A DNA stretch of 63,336 nt, the filler included, from Reclinomonas americana ATCC 50394 (lineage: Eukaryota): NCBI GenBank assembly GCA_048213135.1. It is 3 parts of 3 records of this genome, joined end to end, with 100 filler letters (N's around TTAATTAATTAA, not from the genome) between each part and the next. Parts side by side here need not be neighbours in the genome. Positions count along the whole stretch, not along the records: positions 30,108 to 57,392 come from PS015144.1; 2 more parts are not named here. One strand, 5' to 3'. Below are positions 35,670 through 46,605 of the stretch, one piece after another. Made by a program: the position numbers and the translations under genes. The notes beneath the pieces are model-generated. The model was not told the origin of the DNA. It saw only the letters and a list, made by a program, of their open reading frames with translations, and did no database searches. Positions within the stretch are counted from its first letter, which is position 1. Every line of letters begins with the position of its first letter.

Positions 35670-38222
35670 ATGGCAGACGTTGCTGCCAGCGACAATGTGG
35701 TGGTGATTGCTGTGAGCGTGGTCGTTGGCCTGCTCTTTGGATTGTGGTTCCTCTTTAATCGCTTCCGGTGAGCGCTTTTGTTTTTTCTTTGTTTTTGTGT
35801 GTGCAGATGTGCACATTCACACACACTTCGCTCAAACGCAAAACTCACCTTCTCTCTTTCTCCCGTGGTGTGTGTGTGTGTACAGTGGTGGCAGCTCGTC
35901 GACAGCAGGCGGCTCTGGCACCAAGCAGGCGAGTTCTGCGCACAGCTCGTTGCCAGCAGATGCACCCTCATTGCCCGTGTTGCACGGGACGCAGGTGTGT
36001 TTGCATGCGCAAGCCTCAGTGTGTGAGAGAGAGGGGGGAGATAGAGCGAGAAGATAGAGAAAGAACAGACAGTGCATCTCTGTGAAGAAGATCATCTCCG
36101 CTCTGATGAAATGAGCACCCTCGTTGCCCGTGCTGCACGGGACGCAGGTGTGTTTGCATGCGCAAGCTTCAGTATGCATGAGAAAGAGAGAGAGCCAAGT
36201 AGAGAAAGCGCACATCTGTCTGTGAGAAGATCATCTCCGCTGTGGTGTGAGTCATGACACGTGTTTTGCGCGCGCACAGTTCGGCACTGCGCAGCGATTT
36301 GCCGAGGCGCTTGCTCGCGAGGGCCGCAAGAACATGTTTGCGGCGCAGGCGGTGGATCTGGCCGAGTACCCGACCGGCTCGTTGTGTGACGAGAAGCAAG
36401 TGGTGCTGGTGATGGCGTCGTATGGCGAGGGTGAGCCGACGGACAATGCGCGCGACTTTTACTCGTGGCTCTTTAGCGACCAAGTCGGGTCGCTGGCCGG
36501 TCTCAAGTACACGCTCTTCTCGCTCGGTGACTCCACGTACAAACATTTCCATCAGGTCGGTCGCTTGGTGGATCAGCGCCTGCAGCAGCTCGGCGCGCAG
36601 TGCATGTTTGCGCGTGGCGAAGGCGATGCGCATGTGGGGTGCGTGTGGATTGTCGTCTTGTGCGTCGCGCATCCCCACCTGCTCACTGTCTCTCTCTTCT
36701 GTAGGCTGGAGGACGATTTCGTGGAGTGGTGTGCACGAATGTGGCCTGCACTGTGCCAGCAGTTTGGCACCACATTCACACCTCCCGACGACTTGTTGCG
36801 TCCTCCTGCTTCTTTTTTGCGCTCGTCTTCGAGAACCGACAAAGACTTGTGCAGGAAACCACTGTACACCATTCGTGAGCTGGAGGAGGAGAACGCCAAC
36901 GTGCGCGTCTTCCCCTTCTCCGAGAGCTTCACCTCCAAGTTCCCGTACTGGGGCCGCGTGTTGGCCAACCGCGAGCTGCTGCACACCACCGACGGGCGGT
37001 CGACGGTGCACGTGGAGATTGAGTCGCCCGGCGTCAACATGCGTTATCAGGCCGGCGATCACCTCGGTGTGGTGCCGGCCAACGAGGACGAACTGGTTGA
37101 GCTGTATGCGCGTCGTCTGGGCGTGGCCGACAAGCTCGATCGCATCGTCATGGTGGACCGTGTGGAAGGTGTGTGCGCAGGGAAGGGAAAAAGGGATGCA
37201 CGAGTTGACGCTCACTCCTTTTTTTCTCTTCCGGCAGAGGACCTCAAGAACCTGTTCCCTGTGCGACGCACGACCTACCGCCAGATTCTCAAGTGGTACC
37301 TCGACCTCACTGGTGTCGCCAAGAAGGAGCTGCTGAATGTGTTGGCGCACTACACGATGGACGAGCGAGAGAAGACGACGCTGCAGCTGTGGGGCTCGAC
37401 CACGGAGGAGGGCAAGGTGAGTGTCCCTTCAAAAGTGTTCTCTCCGCATTGGTTGCTGACGCAAGGGCGGGCTCAGGCGGCGTACGATCATCACGTCAAG
37501 CGACAGTACAAGATCCTCCTGGAGATTCTGCACGACTTCCCTCACGTGAAGCCGGACCTGGGTCACCTGTTCCAGGTGATGCCGAAGCAGCTGCCGCGCT
37601 ACTACTCGATCGGTTCCGACTACGCGGTGGACACGTGGTCGAACCGCATCCAGATGACGGTGGCCGTGGTGAAGCATGTGTCGCCGACGGGCCGCGTCGC
37701 CAACGGCGTGACGTCGTCGTTCTTGCAGAGATTGAAGCCGACGATAGACGAGGTGCCGATCTTTGTGAGGAAGAGCACTTTCCACCTGCCCAAGGATCCG
37801 TCGGTGCCGGTGGTGATGATTGGGCCGGGCACGGGTCTGGCGCCGTTTATGGGATTCCTGGCGCGGAGGCAGCATGATGTTAACAAGGGTGAGGGGTAGG
37901 GTAAAAGGGGAAGGGGGTAGAGAGGGGAAGAGAGGGGGAAGGGGGTAAAGGGGGAGGGGGGAGAGAGGGGAGGGGAGAGGGAGGTTGAATTAGGGGGAAG
38001 AGAGGGGAAAGAGGTGAGTGAAAGAGTCCTACAGAGGGGACACACCGAGATGAATGTTGTAGGTGCGCAAAGTCATTTTCCTGCTTTGGTGTCTGTTTGT
38101 CTCCTATTATCGTATTAGTATAGAAGGCATGCATGTGATCGTCGGTAGCTGTTCATTGTTGTGCCTTGTGTCGGAATTTGTTCTCAACATCTACAGCCCT
38201 TGAACAATGTTAGTGCACTTCG

Positions 38223-38312
<90 letters not shown>

Positions 38313-39753
38313 NNNNNNNNNNNNNNNNNNNNNNNNNNNNNNNNNNNNNNNNNNNNNNNNNNNNNNNNNNNNNNNNNNNNNNNNNNNNNNNNNNNNNNNN
38401 NNNNNNNNNNNNNNNNNNNNNNNNNNNNNNNNNNNNNNNNNNNNNNNNNNNNNNNNNNNNNNNNNNNNNNNNNNNNNNNNNNNNNNNNNNNNNNNNNNNN
38501 NNNNNNNNNNNNNNNNNNNNNNNNNNNNNNNNNNNNNNNNNNNNNNNNNNNNNNNNNNNNNNNNNNNNNNNNNNNNNNNNNNNNNNNNNNNNNNNNNNNN
38601 NNNNNNNNNTGTGAGAGTTGTTGTGATCGCTGGTTACTGTTCGTTGTGTGTGACTTAGTTGTGTGTGTCGAGGTTTGTTCTCGACATCGGCAACCGTCTA
38701 ATTATTGTTAGTTTGCACGCGAGTGTTGGTGATCAGTGGTTGCTGTTCATCGTTGTGGACATCCTTTGAACAGTTTGAGTTGAAGAAGAAGAAGAAGGAG
38801 AGCACACGAGACTTGCTGGTGGTTGCCGGTAGCATGTCGTTGTTGTGTAGGAGTCGTTGTGTTCTGTGTAGGGATTTGACAATTCACTAAAACAGTTGGA
38901 GGTGAAGAAGTGCACTTGAGACTTGTTGCTTGGCCTGGTGTCTGTGTCTTGATTTGTGCTTTATTCTCCAACCTTGACAAGCCTTGAACCGTGTTAGGTG
39001 GTAGAGAAATGCACACGAGACTTGTTGGCGATCACTTGTGCCTTGTGTCTTTGTTTCCTGAGTCGGTATTTTTCACGTCGACAGCTCTCTCAACAGATTT
39101 AGTTAAACGTGCACATGAGACTGTTGCACTGGTTGCAGCTCCTTGGTGTGGATGGGTCGTTGTGTTCCGTATAGGGCTTTGTCTCCACATCGACAGCTCT
39201 CTGTGTAGTCCGAGTTGAAGAGAAGAGCACACGAGACTTGTTGGCGCTCACTGGTTGCACCGTTGTTGCGCAGAATCGTTTTCCTCACTCTTTTTTTCTG
39301 GCCCACAGGCGAACCTGTCGGCCCTGGCACCCTCTTCTTTGGCTGCCGCAAATCCGCGGAAGACTACCTGTACCGAGAGGAGATTGAGAACTACAAGCGC
39401 AACGGAGCCATCACCAACCTGTTTGTGGCCTTCTCGCGCGAGCAGCAATCCAAGGTCTACGTGCAGGATCTGATGCTGCAGAACGGCCATGTGATTATGG
39501 AGGCGCTCGACAACAATGGCTACATTTATGTGTGCGGGTGAGTGCATCGTTGGCGTGGTCATTTGGCCTGTTTGTTGTCGCCTGACGCGCTTGGTCGACT
39601 GTTAGTGATGCTCGCCACATGGCCGTGGACGTGGAGAACACACTGATCCGCATTGTTTCCGAGTCACGGCGTGTGTCACCGGCTGAGGCGCAGGAGTTCT
39701 TGGAGGGACTCACCGGCAAGCGGTACTTGCGAGATGTGTGGTCGCCCAGCTGA
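35670..39753 (+). CDS. POR: NADPH-cytochrome P450 reductase
   Basis: N-terminal TM anchor, HGTQFGTAQRFA, SYGEGEPTDNA, GDHLGVVPAN, PRYYSI, MIGPGTGLAPFMGFL, LFFGCR, AFSREQ..KVYVQD, YVCGDA, RYLRDVWS. Confidence 0.96.
35963..36241. repeat. Tandem duplication (~150 bp x2) of a POR exon end, its donor site and the intron start
   Basis: caccctc(a/g)ttgcccgtg(t/c)tgcacgggacgcag|gtgtgtttgcatgcgcaagc occurs at 35963 and 36116. Both copies end in gaagatcatctccgct. Confidence 0.9.
38130..39260. repeat. Degenerate tandem repeat (~100-120 bp units) plus a (GT)n microsatellite in the large POR intron
   Basis: Recurring gcacacgagacttg(c/t)tgg, gtgatc..ggtt(a/g)ctgttc, acatcgacagctctct and gttgaagaagaag. 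(GT)n at 38225-38310. Confidence 0.65.
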
Positions 39754-40047
39754 GAGTTGGGAGAGAGAGAGAGAGAGAGGGATGACGATAGACATTGTTT
39801 TTGTGGAGTGGGGAGAGAGGACGGCAATGTGTATACTTTTGTTGCGGGCTGCGGGATTAAAAGAAGGAGTGCAGCTTTTTATTCGTCACGCTTGGAACGT
39901 CGGCGTCCGCCTACAAAGCTTGTCCCACCACATTTTTCGCGCGAACCCTCTGAGCGAACGTTACTCGACTTTCACCTCCATCTCCACCGCTGACCACCAC
40001 CTACCAACCAACACCCCCAACCCCCAACCCCCAACAACCACCGCATC

Positions 40048-41015
40048 ATGGACACACAGTTGCGTGGCTTGTTTTTTGAATTTCTGTGTGCGGGAGATTC
40101 CCCCGCGCCATGTTCCACTTTTTTATTACTGCTCCGTTATTTTCCATACGTTTCCTGTTGTCTGTCCCCTGTGCTTTTCTTGCTCTCTCTCCCTCTCCCT
40201 TCCTCTCGCCTCTTTTCTCCCCCTCCTCACGTGGAGTATTTATAGCCGACTTCTCGCAATCGCTTTTCACATGTTCTAGAGTTGTCTTTGTGTTTGTTTT
40301 CGCTCTCCTTTCTTTTTCCCTCTGTCTCACTCTCGCGCACCAACACACACACTCTCTGTTCCTTGGGTGTTGGGGGGTCGTTGCATTCGTGTCCCGTTGG
40401 TGCAAGATGGCCATGTCACTCACTCTTTTTGCCTTCCCCTTCCACAGACTGATCAACATCTCTACGGGAGGCGTACATGTGCTGTACATGATCCCAGATG
40501 GTATGCATGTGAAGGCTGATGGCGAGTGCTCGCCGACAGTGTTTGCCAAGTTCGCATTCGTCGGCAACGGCGCCGATCACTGCCTCCTCATCCACGATCG
40601 TACCGAGATCAGCTTGCCTTGCGGATCTTGCCTGCGCCAGTCACCGTACGAGCATTTTGCCTCGGTGCGCCCGTCTCCTGACCTCGATGGAACGTACGAG
40701 ATTTATTCCGTGGAGGCCGACGTGAACGTCAAGTTTTACGTCCTTTGGCTGGACGGCCACTATCACCCGGTGGAGTGCAAGGCCGTTTGCCTGAATATGC
40801 CGCCGACGTGGCAGTCGGCGCCTGAGCCGGCGGATGACCTGCAATTTGTGGTGCCTCAGTTGCAATTTGCGATGCCAATGCCGGCGGCACCGCCCATGGT
40901 TGCGGCTGGTGCGTACATTTACACTGTTGCGCCTCCGCTGAACGACGCCGAGGCCTTCTATGCTCAGGATTTCTACACCTTCTCTGTCGCGGACTACCGG
41001 TTCCCTGAGGCCTGA
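40048..41015 (+). CDS. Hypothetical ~190-aa beta-rich protein with a Pro-rich tail
   Basis: ATG GAC ACA CA|gttgcgt...ccacag|A CTG ATC gives MDTQLINISTGGVHVLYMIPDG... The second exon has strong coding bias. Confidence 0.6.
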
Positions 41016-41644
41016 GAGCCTCCAGGCTCGTTCAAGCGGTCGTCATGCGATAGCGCGACAGACCCTCTTCTCAGAGTGTCTGGCTGTCATTGACGCCGCT
41101 GGTGTTTTTCTGTAATGCGTGACTTGATGTCGCCTCTACTCTGTCTGTATTTCAAGCGTTTTCCCCTCTTCTTCTATCTTACTTGTTTGGCGCTCGTTGC
41201 TCTGCCGGCAATTCCGTCACTGCACTCTCATCTCTCTTCTTCTGGGTCGTTTTGATACGAACTCTCTCTCCACTTTCTCACGTCATTCTCGAGCTTGTCT
41301 GTGGCGCTTTCCAGGACCGATCCTCTTGATTGTGATATGGGTCCCTCCTGGTAGCGTTACAGCAAGTTTTACGAGAAGGTATTATGAGAAGTGGAGGATC
41401 TGTTCTTTGTTGACCCGGTGGTTGGGTGATGGGGGTTGATTTGATTTGGCGTAGCTGTGCAGCGGAACTTGTGATTGTTGGTTTCGTGCGCGCGTGTGTT
41501 CCTCCAATGTATGACTTGAAGAAATCGTTTTCTGCTGAGCCGTGACTGACGGGAAAAAAGGGAGGGCACCTACACTCGCAACACTTTTAAAACCATCCAT
41601 CCATCTATCTAAAATTCCTAAACAAATCGCCGCCCTCCTTCCAC

Positions 41645-42845
41645 TCAATGGTGCCCATTCGTCGCCGCCGCCACCACCGACGAGTCCACCTTGCCGCCCT
41701 TGGTGGCGCGTCTTGCCTCGTCCATGGCGCTGCCGCCGGCCGCCACCCACTCGTGGTACTTCTCGTCGGTGCCAAAGATCCGATCCCAAATCACAAACAC
41801 CGACGAGTAGTTGCCGGCGCAGCGCAGGTGGTGGAAATCGTGGTGCGTCGGGCCGCAGTAGAGCGGGAAGAGGAACTCAAAGTTGATGGGGAACGCGTAG
41901 CCGGTGTGGCAGTGAATGGCCTCCACCTGGCGGAAGATCATCCACACCCAGATGCCGACGAGGTGACCGCCGCCGACAATCACGGGGCCCATGAAGGTGC
42001 CGACGCCGAGAATGACAAACTCGAGCGGGTGCGCGTACGAACTGGCCATGCCGATCGGATGGTCGAACTCGTGGTGCATGTAGTGAATGTTCTTGTACGC
42101 CTGCCACAAGACAAGGGATAAGGGGGATCAGCAACAACATGCAAGATACCGCAAATCTTTCTCGACGAAAAGGTGCGCACCCACTCCGTGTGCAGCCACT
42201 TGTGTGCAAAGTAGAACCAGCAGTCCTCCAGCAAAAAGTAAAACACCACACGCAGCAGCATCTCCGACCACGACGGCAGCGGCATGGCGACCGACACACC
42301 GCGCCATTGGAGAGTCGGATAGGCCAACACCATGAGCGGCGCCGCAATGAACGCATGATTGAAGATCAGCTTCTTCACGCACTTCCACGTCGTCGCCATG
42401 TCGACAATGCGATCCTGCAAAGGCGCAAACGCAAGAAGAGCGCGCGACATGTCAGACACACAGCACGAGATACGAGACGAGATACGAGACGAGATGCAGC
42501 GTGGACGCACTACAGACACGCACGCACGCTCACAAACACACGTACGCTCATGCAGACGGCGAGCAGGGGGCGGCAGCAACACACTCATCACTCCGCCATC
42601 TCTCCGCGCGCTCTCACCTTTTGGATCTTGTACTTCATGGCCCACGCCGGCTGCAGCCAGTCGAGCAGGAAGAACGGCAGCGACGCGAAAAAGTAGACCA
42701 ACACAAGGAAGCAGAGCGACACCGGCACCACCAGCTGGAACTCCGTGAATGTGCTGCTCATCCACATCCACCACCGCTCCATCGGCCCATACTCGGTGGG
42801 CACCATCGACGCATGACCGCCGGTGAAAAGCACGCTCTCGTCCAT
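41645..42845 (-). CDS. ERG25: Sterol C4-methyl oxidase (ERG25/SC4MOL; fatty acid hydroxylase superfamily)
   Basis: KYKIQ, EDCWFYFAHKWLH, YKNIHYMHHEF, YAHPLE, HCHTGYAFP, HHDFHH, NYSSVFVIWDRIFGTD. Confidence 0.9.
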
Positions 42846-43000
42846 GGTGAGGTCGGCGAAAAAAAAACGCAGCGAAAAAATGGCGTGAGAAGTCGGTGGA
42901 TTTTCATCTCGTTTTGTTGATTTGTGGAGAAAAGGTGAGGAGAAGCGCAAGTGTGTGAGTGTGTGTACTTGCTTGTTCTCACTGTGTGTGTGATCAGGAT

Positions 43001-43267
43001 ATGCCCCATTTTGTGTATGTTTTGCAGCCGGCGGCAGTGGAACGGCGTGCGTTGTGCTATGTGGGATACACGGTGAATCCGCTGCGACGACTGCGGCAGC
43101 ACAATGGTGAGGTGAAGTGGGGAGGTGCGCGACGCACGCGGCTGCATCGGCCGTGGCGGCATGTGTGTGTGGTGGGAGGGTTTCCGTCGCAGACGGCGGC
43201 GTTGCAGGTGAGAGGGAGAGGGAGGAGGGAGAGGGAGGAGAAGGGTAAGGGAGCAGGAGACTAGTGG

Positions 43268-43299
<32 letters not shown>

Positions 43300-43424
43300 C
43301 ATGAGAACGGGCGACACAAGGGACAGAGAGTGAAGACGAGTCAGAGAGGGCTTCTCTCTCCCTCCTCTCTCTCCCTCTCACACACGCCAGGCGCACTGAT
43401 CCACACACGCACTTCCTGAATCAC

Positions 43425-43457
<33 letters not shown>

Positions 43458-44677
43458 NNNNNNNNNNNNNNNNNNNNNNNNNNNNNNNNNNNNCTCTCCC
43501 TCTCCCTCTCCCTCTCCGCCCTCTCCGCCCTCTCCGCCCTCTCCTCCCTCTCCCTCTCCCTCTCCCTTTCCCTCTCCCTCCCTCTCCTCTCTCCCTCAAC
43601 TCCCTCCCGACAGGGTGTGGGCGACGCGGTTCGCTGCGTTTCACCCTGCGCCTGCTGCACGAGTTGCTGCACGATGTGCCGTTCACGCAGTACATGCTGA
43701 CTGTGCACTATGCGCTGGGCGAGGAGGAGTGTCCCGACATGAGTGGCTGTCGCGAGGTGCCGGCGCACGTGGAGGTGTCGCGCGGCCTAGTGTCGCAGTT
43801 GTCGGTCAAGTGAGTGTGCCTTCTCTCCTTCTCCTCCCTCTCTCTCTCTCTCGCTCTGACCCCTCCACCAGAAACGACGACGGCGAAGAAGATGATGAGT
43901 TTGGCGACGGCATGGACGGCGACTTTGTGGAGGACGACGCGATCACGCAAGAATCGGCGGCCGGTGACGATGACGACGACTTGCGGCTGCTGGGCAAGCA
44001 CATGCGCGATGCCGAGTGCATGCTGTGCGATGTGCAGGAGGCCTCGCAGGGTGGCGAGCCGTGGGAGTGTGTGGTGTGTGAGCAGTTGCGTGCGTGCGAC
44101 GGGGCGAGGCGAAAGAAAAGTTCCGCGCGACCGTGGGGCTCACGGCGCGCACAGATGCTCGGTCTGTTATCACGCCCTGTGCCTGGGTCGGGCGGCGCTT
44201 GAGCGTGCCCCAGGCTCCATCAGCACGGCACTGATTCCGCGTCGCGTCGAGTGCGTACTGTGCGGGCAGGAGGAGGAGTGGGGTCGGTGGGTGGCCAATC
44301 GGGAGCGTCTGCTCAAGCGCCGACGAATCGGTGGCCGCTCGTCGCGGCCGCCATCGGCGTGCAGTGATTCGGTCGGGCCACTGCGCGCCCTCAGTCAGGA
44401 CAACTCGCAGCCGCGGGTTCGACCGACCCAGGTGAAGGCAACCACGAAGCCGCAGCCACCACCACCACCACCGCCACCTCCGCGGCGTCGATCACCCATG
44501 TCGCTGCTCGACGACGACGACGATGGCGGTGGGGAGGCGGTGGAGGAGCAAAAGAGGCCCGCGGCGACGAGTAGCTCCTTTGCCGCGCTCCTCTCTCTTG
44601 ACGACGACGGCGACGAGGAGGACATGGATGTGCCGCTGGCGGTGCGACTGGCGCGACGTGCGGCTGGCGCTCGGTGA
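43001..44677 (+). CDS. SLX1: Structure-specific endonuclease SLX1 (GIY-YIG plus C-terminal RING-like domain)
   Basis: FVYVL...[43 protein letters not shown]-terminal CMLC...CYHALCL...[12 protein letters not shown]. Confidence 0.93.
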
Positions 44678-44715
44678 AGAAACGAAACAGGGTTTTACAC
44701 GAGCTTTGCGAGATC

Positions 44716-44734
44716 TCATCGGAGGAACTGGCGG

Positions 44735-44768
<34 letters not shown>

Positions 44769-46465
44769 CCAGGTGTGCGTCATTCTGGTCGCCGGAGGCG
44801 CTGCTGCTGCCGTTGCCGAGGCCGTTGACCGACGACGCGGAGGCAAGGGAGGGCGCCGGATGCAGGTTTCGCGGCACGGGCGGCCGCCATTCCAGCCCGC
44901 TGGTGGCGAGCTCGCTCTTGATGGGGCACAGCCAGGACCAGGTGTTCATGCCGAGTGTCTCCTTCAGGTTGGCCTTGACGCCGTTGGAGTAGCCGCCGTG
45001 AAAGTCGGAGCCCGTGAGATCGCCCAAGGTCGATCGGTTGCTCTGGCGGGTTGTGAGTGAAAGAAATAAAGAATGAGAGGTGACGGGCAATGTGCGCGCG
45101 CAACAGCCAGCATCTGGAAGTGGAAAAACGCAAAGGGACCCAGTGCCAGTGCGAACATTGAGACCAGACTGCACAACACGCGCGCACATGAGTGATGGCG
45201 AGGGAGAGAGAGAGCGAGAGCGAAAGAGAGAGCGACGCAACGCAAAGACGACAATAATCTGTACATTGTGCCGCGGCGTGCTGCGGTCATCGGAACCAGA
45301 CTGCAGAAACGGCGATAACAAAGTGAGCAGGAGAGGTCTTGTCCACGCACGCAGAAGAAACGCGACTCACCAGGTATTTGATCACGCCAATCAAGTCGGG
45401 GAACATGGTCGCAAAGACCCACACGGCGGTCAAGGCCGAGTACTGCAACGGGCTGGGGTTGGCGAAGGGAGAGAGGTCACAAGCAGGCAGTGACACAGGC
45501 GAACACACCATGAGAAACAGGAAAAAGAACTTGTGGTTTTGCAGTCCGACACAGTTGACGACCCAGGCTGTGTGTGCGAGGAGGAGTGAGCGAGCCAGGC
45601 CGGCATTCAGCAGTCATATTTTCCCATGCGCAACGACAGTGATGGTCCATCTGCAACACGAGGTGAGAAAGCGACTCGCTCCCCCACGAAAAAAACACAG
45701 CGAGGAGCGCAACTCGGAGCACACATCGATTGCACTCGGAGCAGTGGTGCGCCCGGAACGGTTTCGGCCGGTCACATCGTTTGCACTGCCGCAGGAGCAC
45801 GTAAGGCACCAACATCAGTGGCAACGACAACGCATTCTCGCGCACGCAACCCATGGACCGCGCGCTTCGCCACTGTGAGCACACCGGAGAGATGAGGCGA
45901 AGAAATCATATCGAAAACCACGCACACACGCACATACGCACCCTTCCTCTGCGTCGGCCTCTGGCGCCCACTCGTGAGGCACTGAGACACGAGCGTGGTC
46001 AGTGCAAGAGAGAGACAAGCAAGGCGGACATCAGAGAGAGGGAGAGACAGACCGCCACCAGGATCCGTCCATACAGTCTGCACGTAGCTAAAGAGTCCGA
46101 GGAACGCCAGCACACCGTAGATGGCGATGCGTGCGATCGCCCAGCCCTTGGAAGAGAGATACAAAGAGTAGAGTCAGAATGTGTGTGGAGAGAGAGATAG
46201 AGTGTGTGTGAGCGTGTTCACCGGTGCATCATTCTCCACGTAAGCCGTGTACGCCGACAGGTAGCAGTAGACGTAGGTGGCGTAGCTGCGCGATCAGTGA
46301 GCATTCTCTTTGTGTGTGCGAGTGTGAGTGTTCTCCTCTGTCAGACACCACCAACCCGTAGATGCCCGACACCAGTGGCACCATCACAAACGACCATATG
46401 GGACGGTATCTGAGGCCGCACCACCAGCGCGGACGCACGGTTCGCGGGCCGTCCTCGCGTCGCAT
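44716..46465 (-). CDS. DHHC palmitoyltransferase
   Basis: TDPG, [54 protein letters not shown]...WLCP. Confidence 0.95.
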
Positions 46466-46605
46466 TCCTTCACAACGAAACACACAGGCGACAATCGATC
46501 CGACAATCAATCTGGATCACAATCAATGCTTGACAGGACACGCTCCTTCCTCTCTCCCCCCCTCTCTCTCTCCTCTGATCCAGATCACAGTTTACTCAAA
46601 CACTC

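Noticed and set aside
13857-42845. Sterol biosynthetic cluster (EXPERA, POR, ERG25)
   Set aside because: EXPERA is separated from the others by a scaffold linker, and POR/ERG25 proximity alone is weak evidence.
43001-43210. GIY-YIG nuclease as a homing endonuclease or Penelope element
   Set aside because: The motifs and C-terminal RING match cellular SLX1, and there is no RT or terminal repeat.
15607-46465. Palmitoylation gene cluster (PPT1, DHHC, MGC substrates)
   Set aside because: The DHHC gene is on a different scaffold, and PPT1 has a signal peptide (lysosomal lumen), so it would not meet cytosolic acylated proteins.
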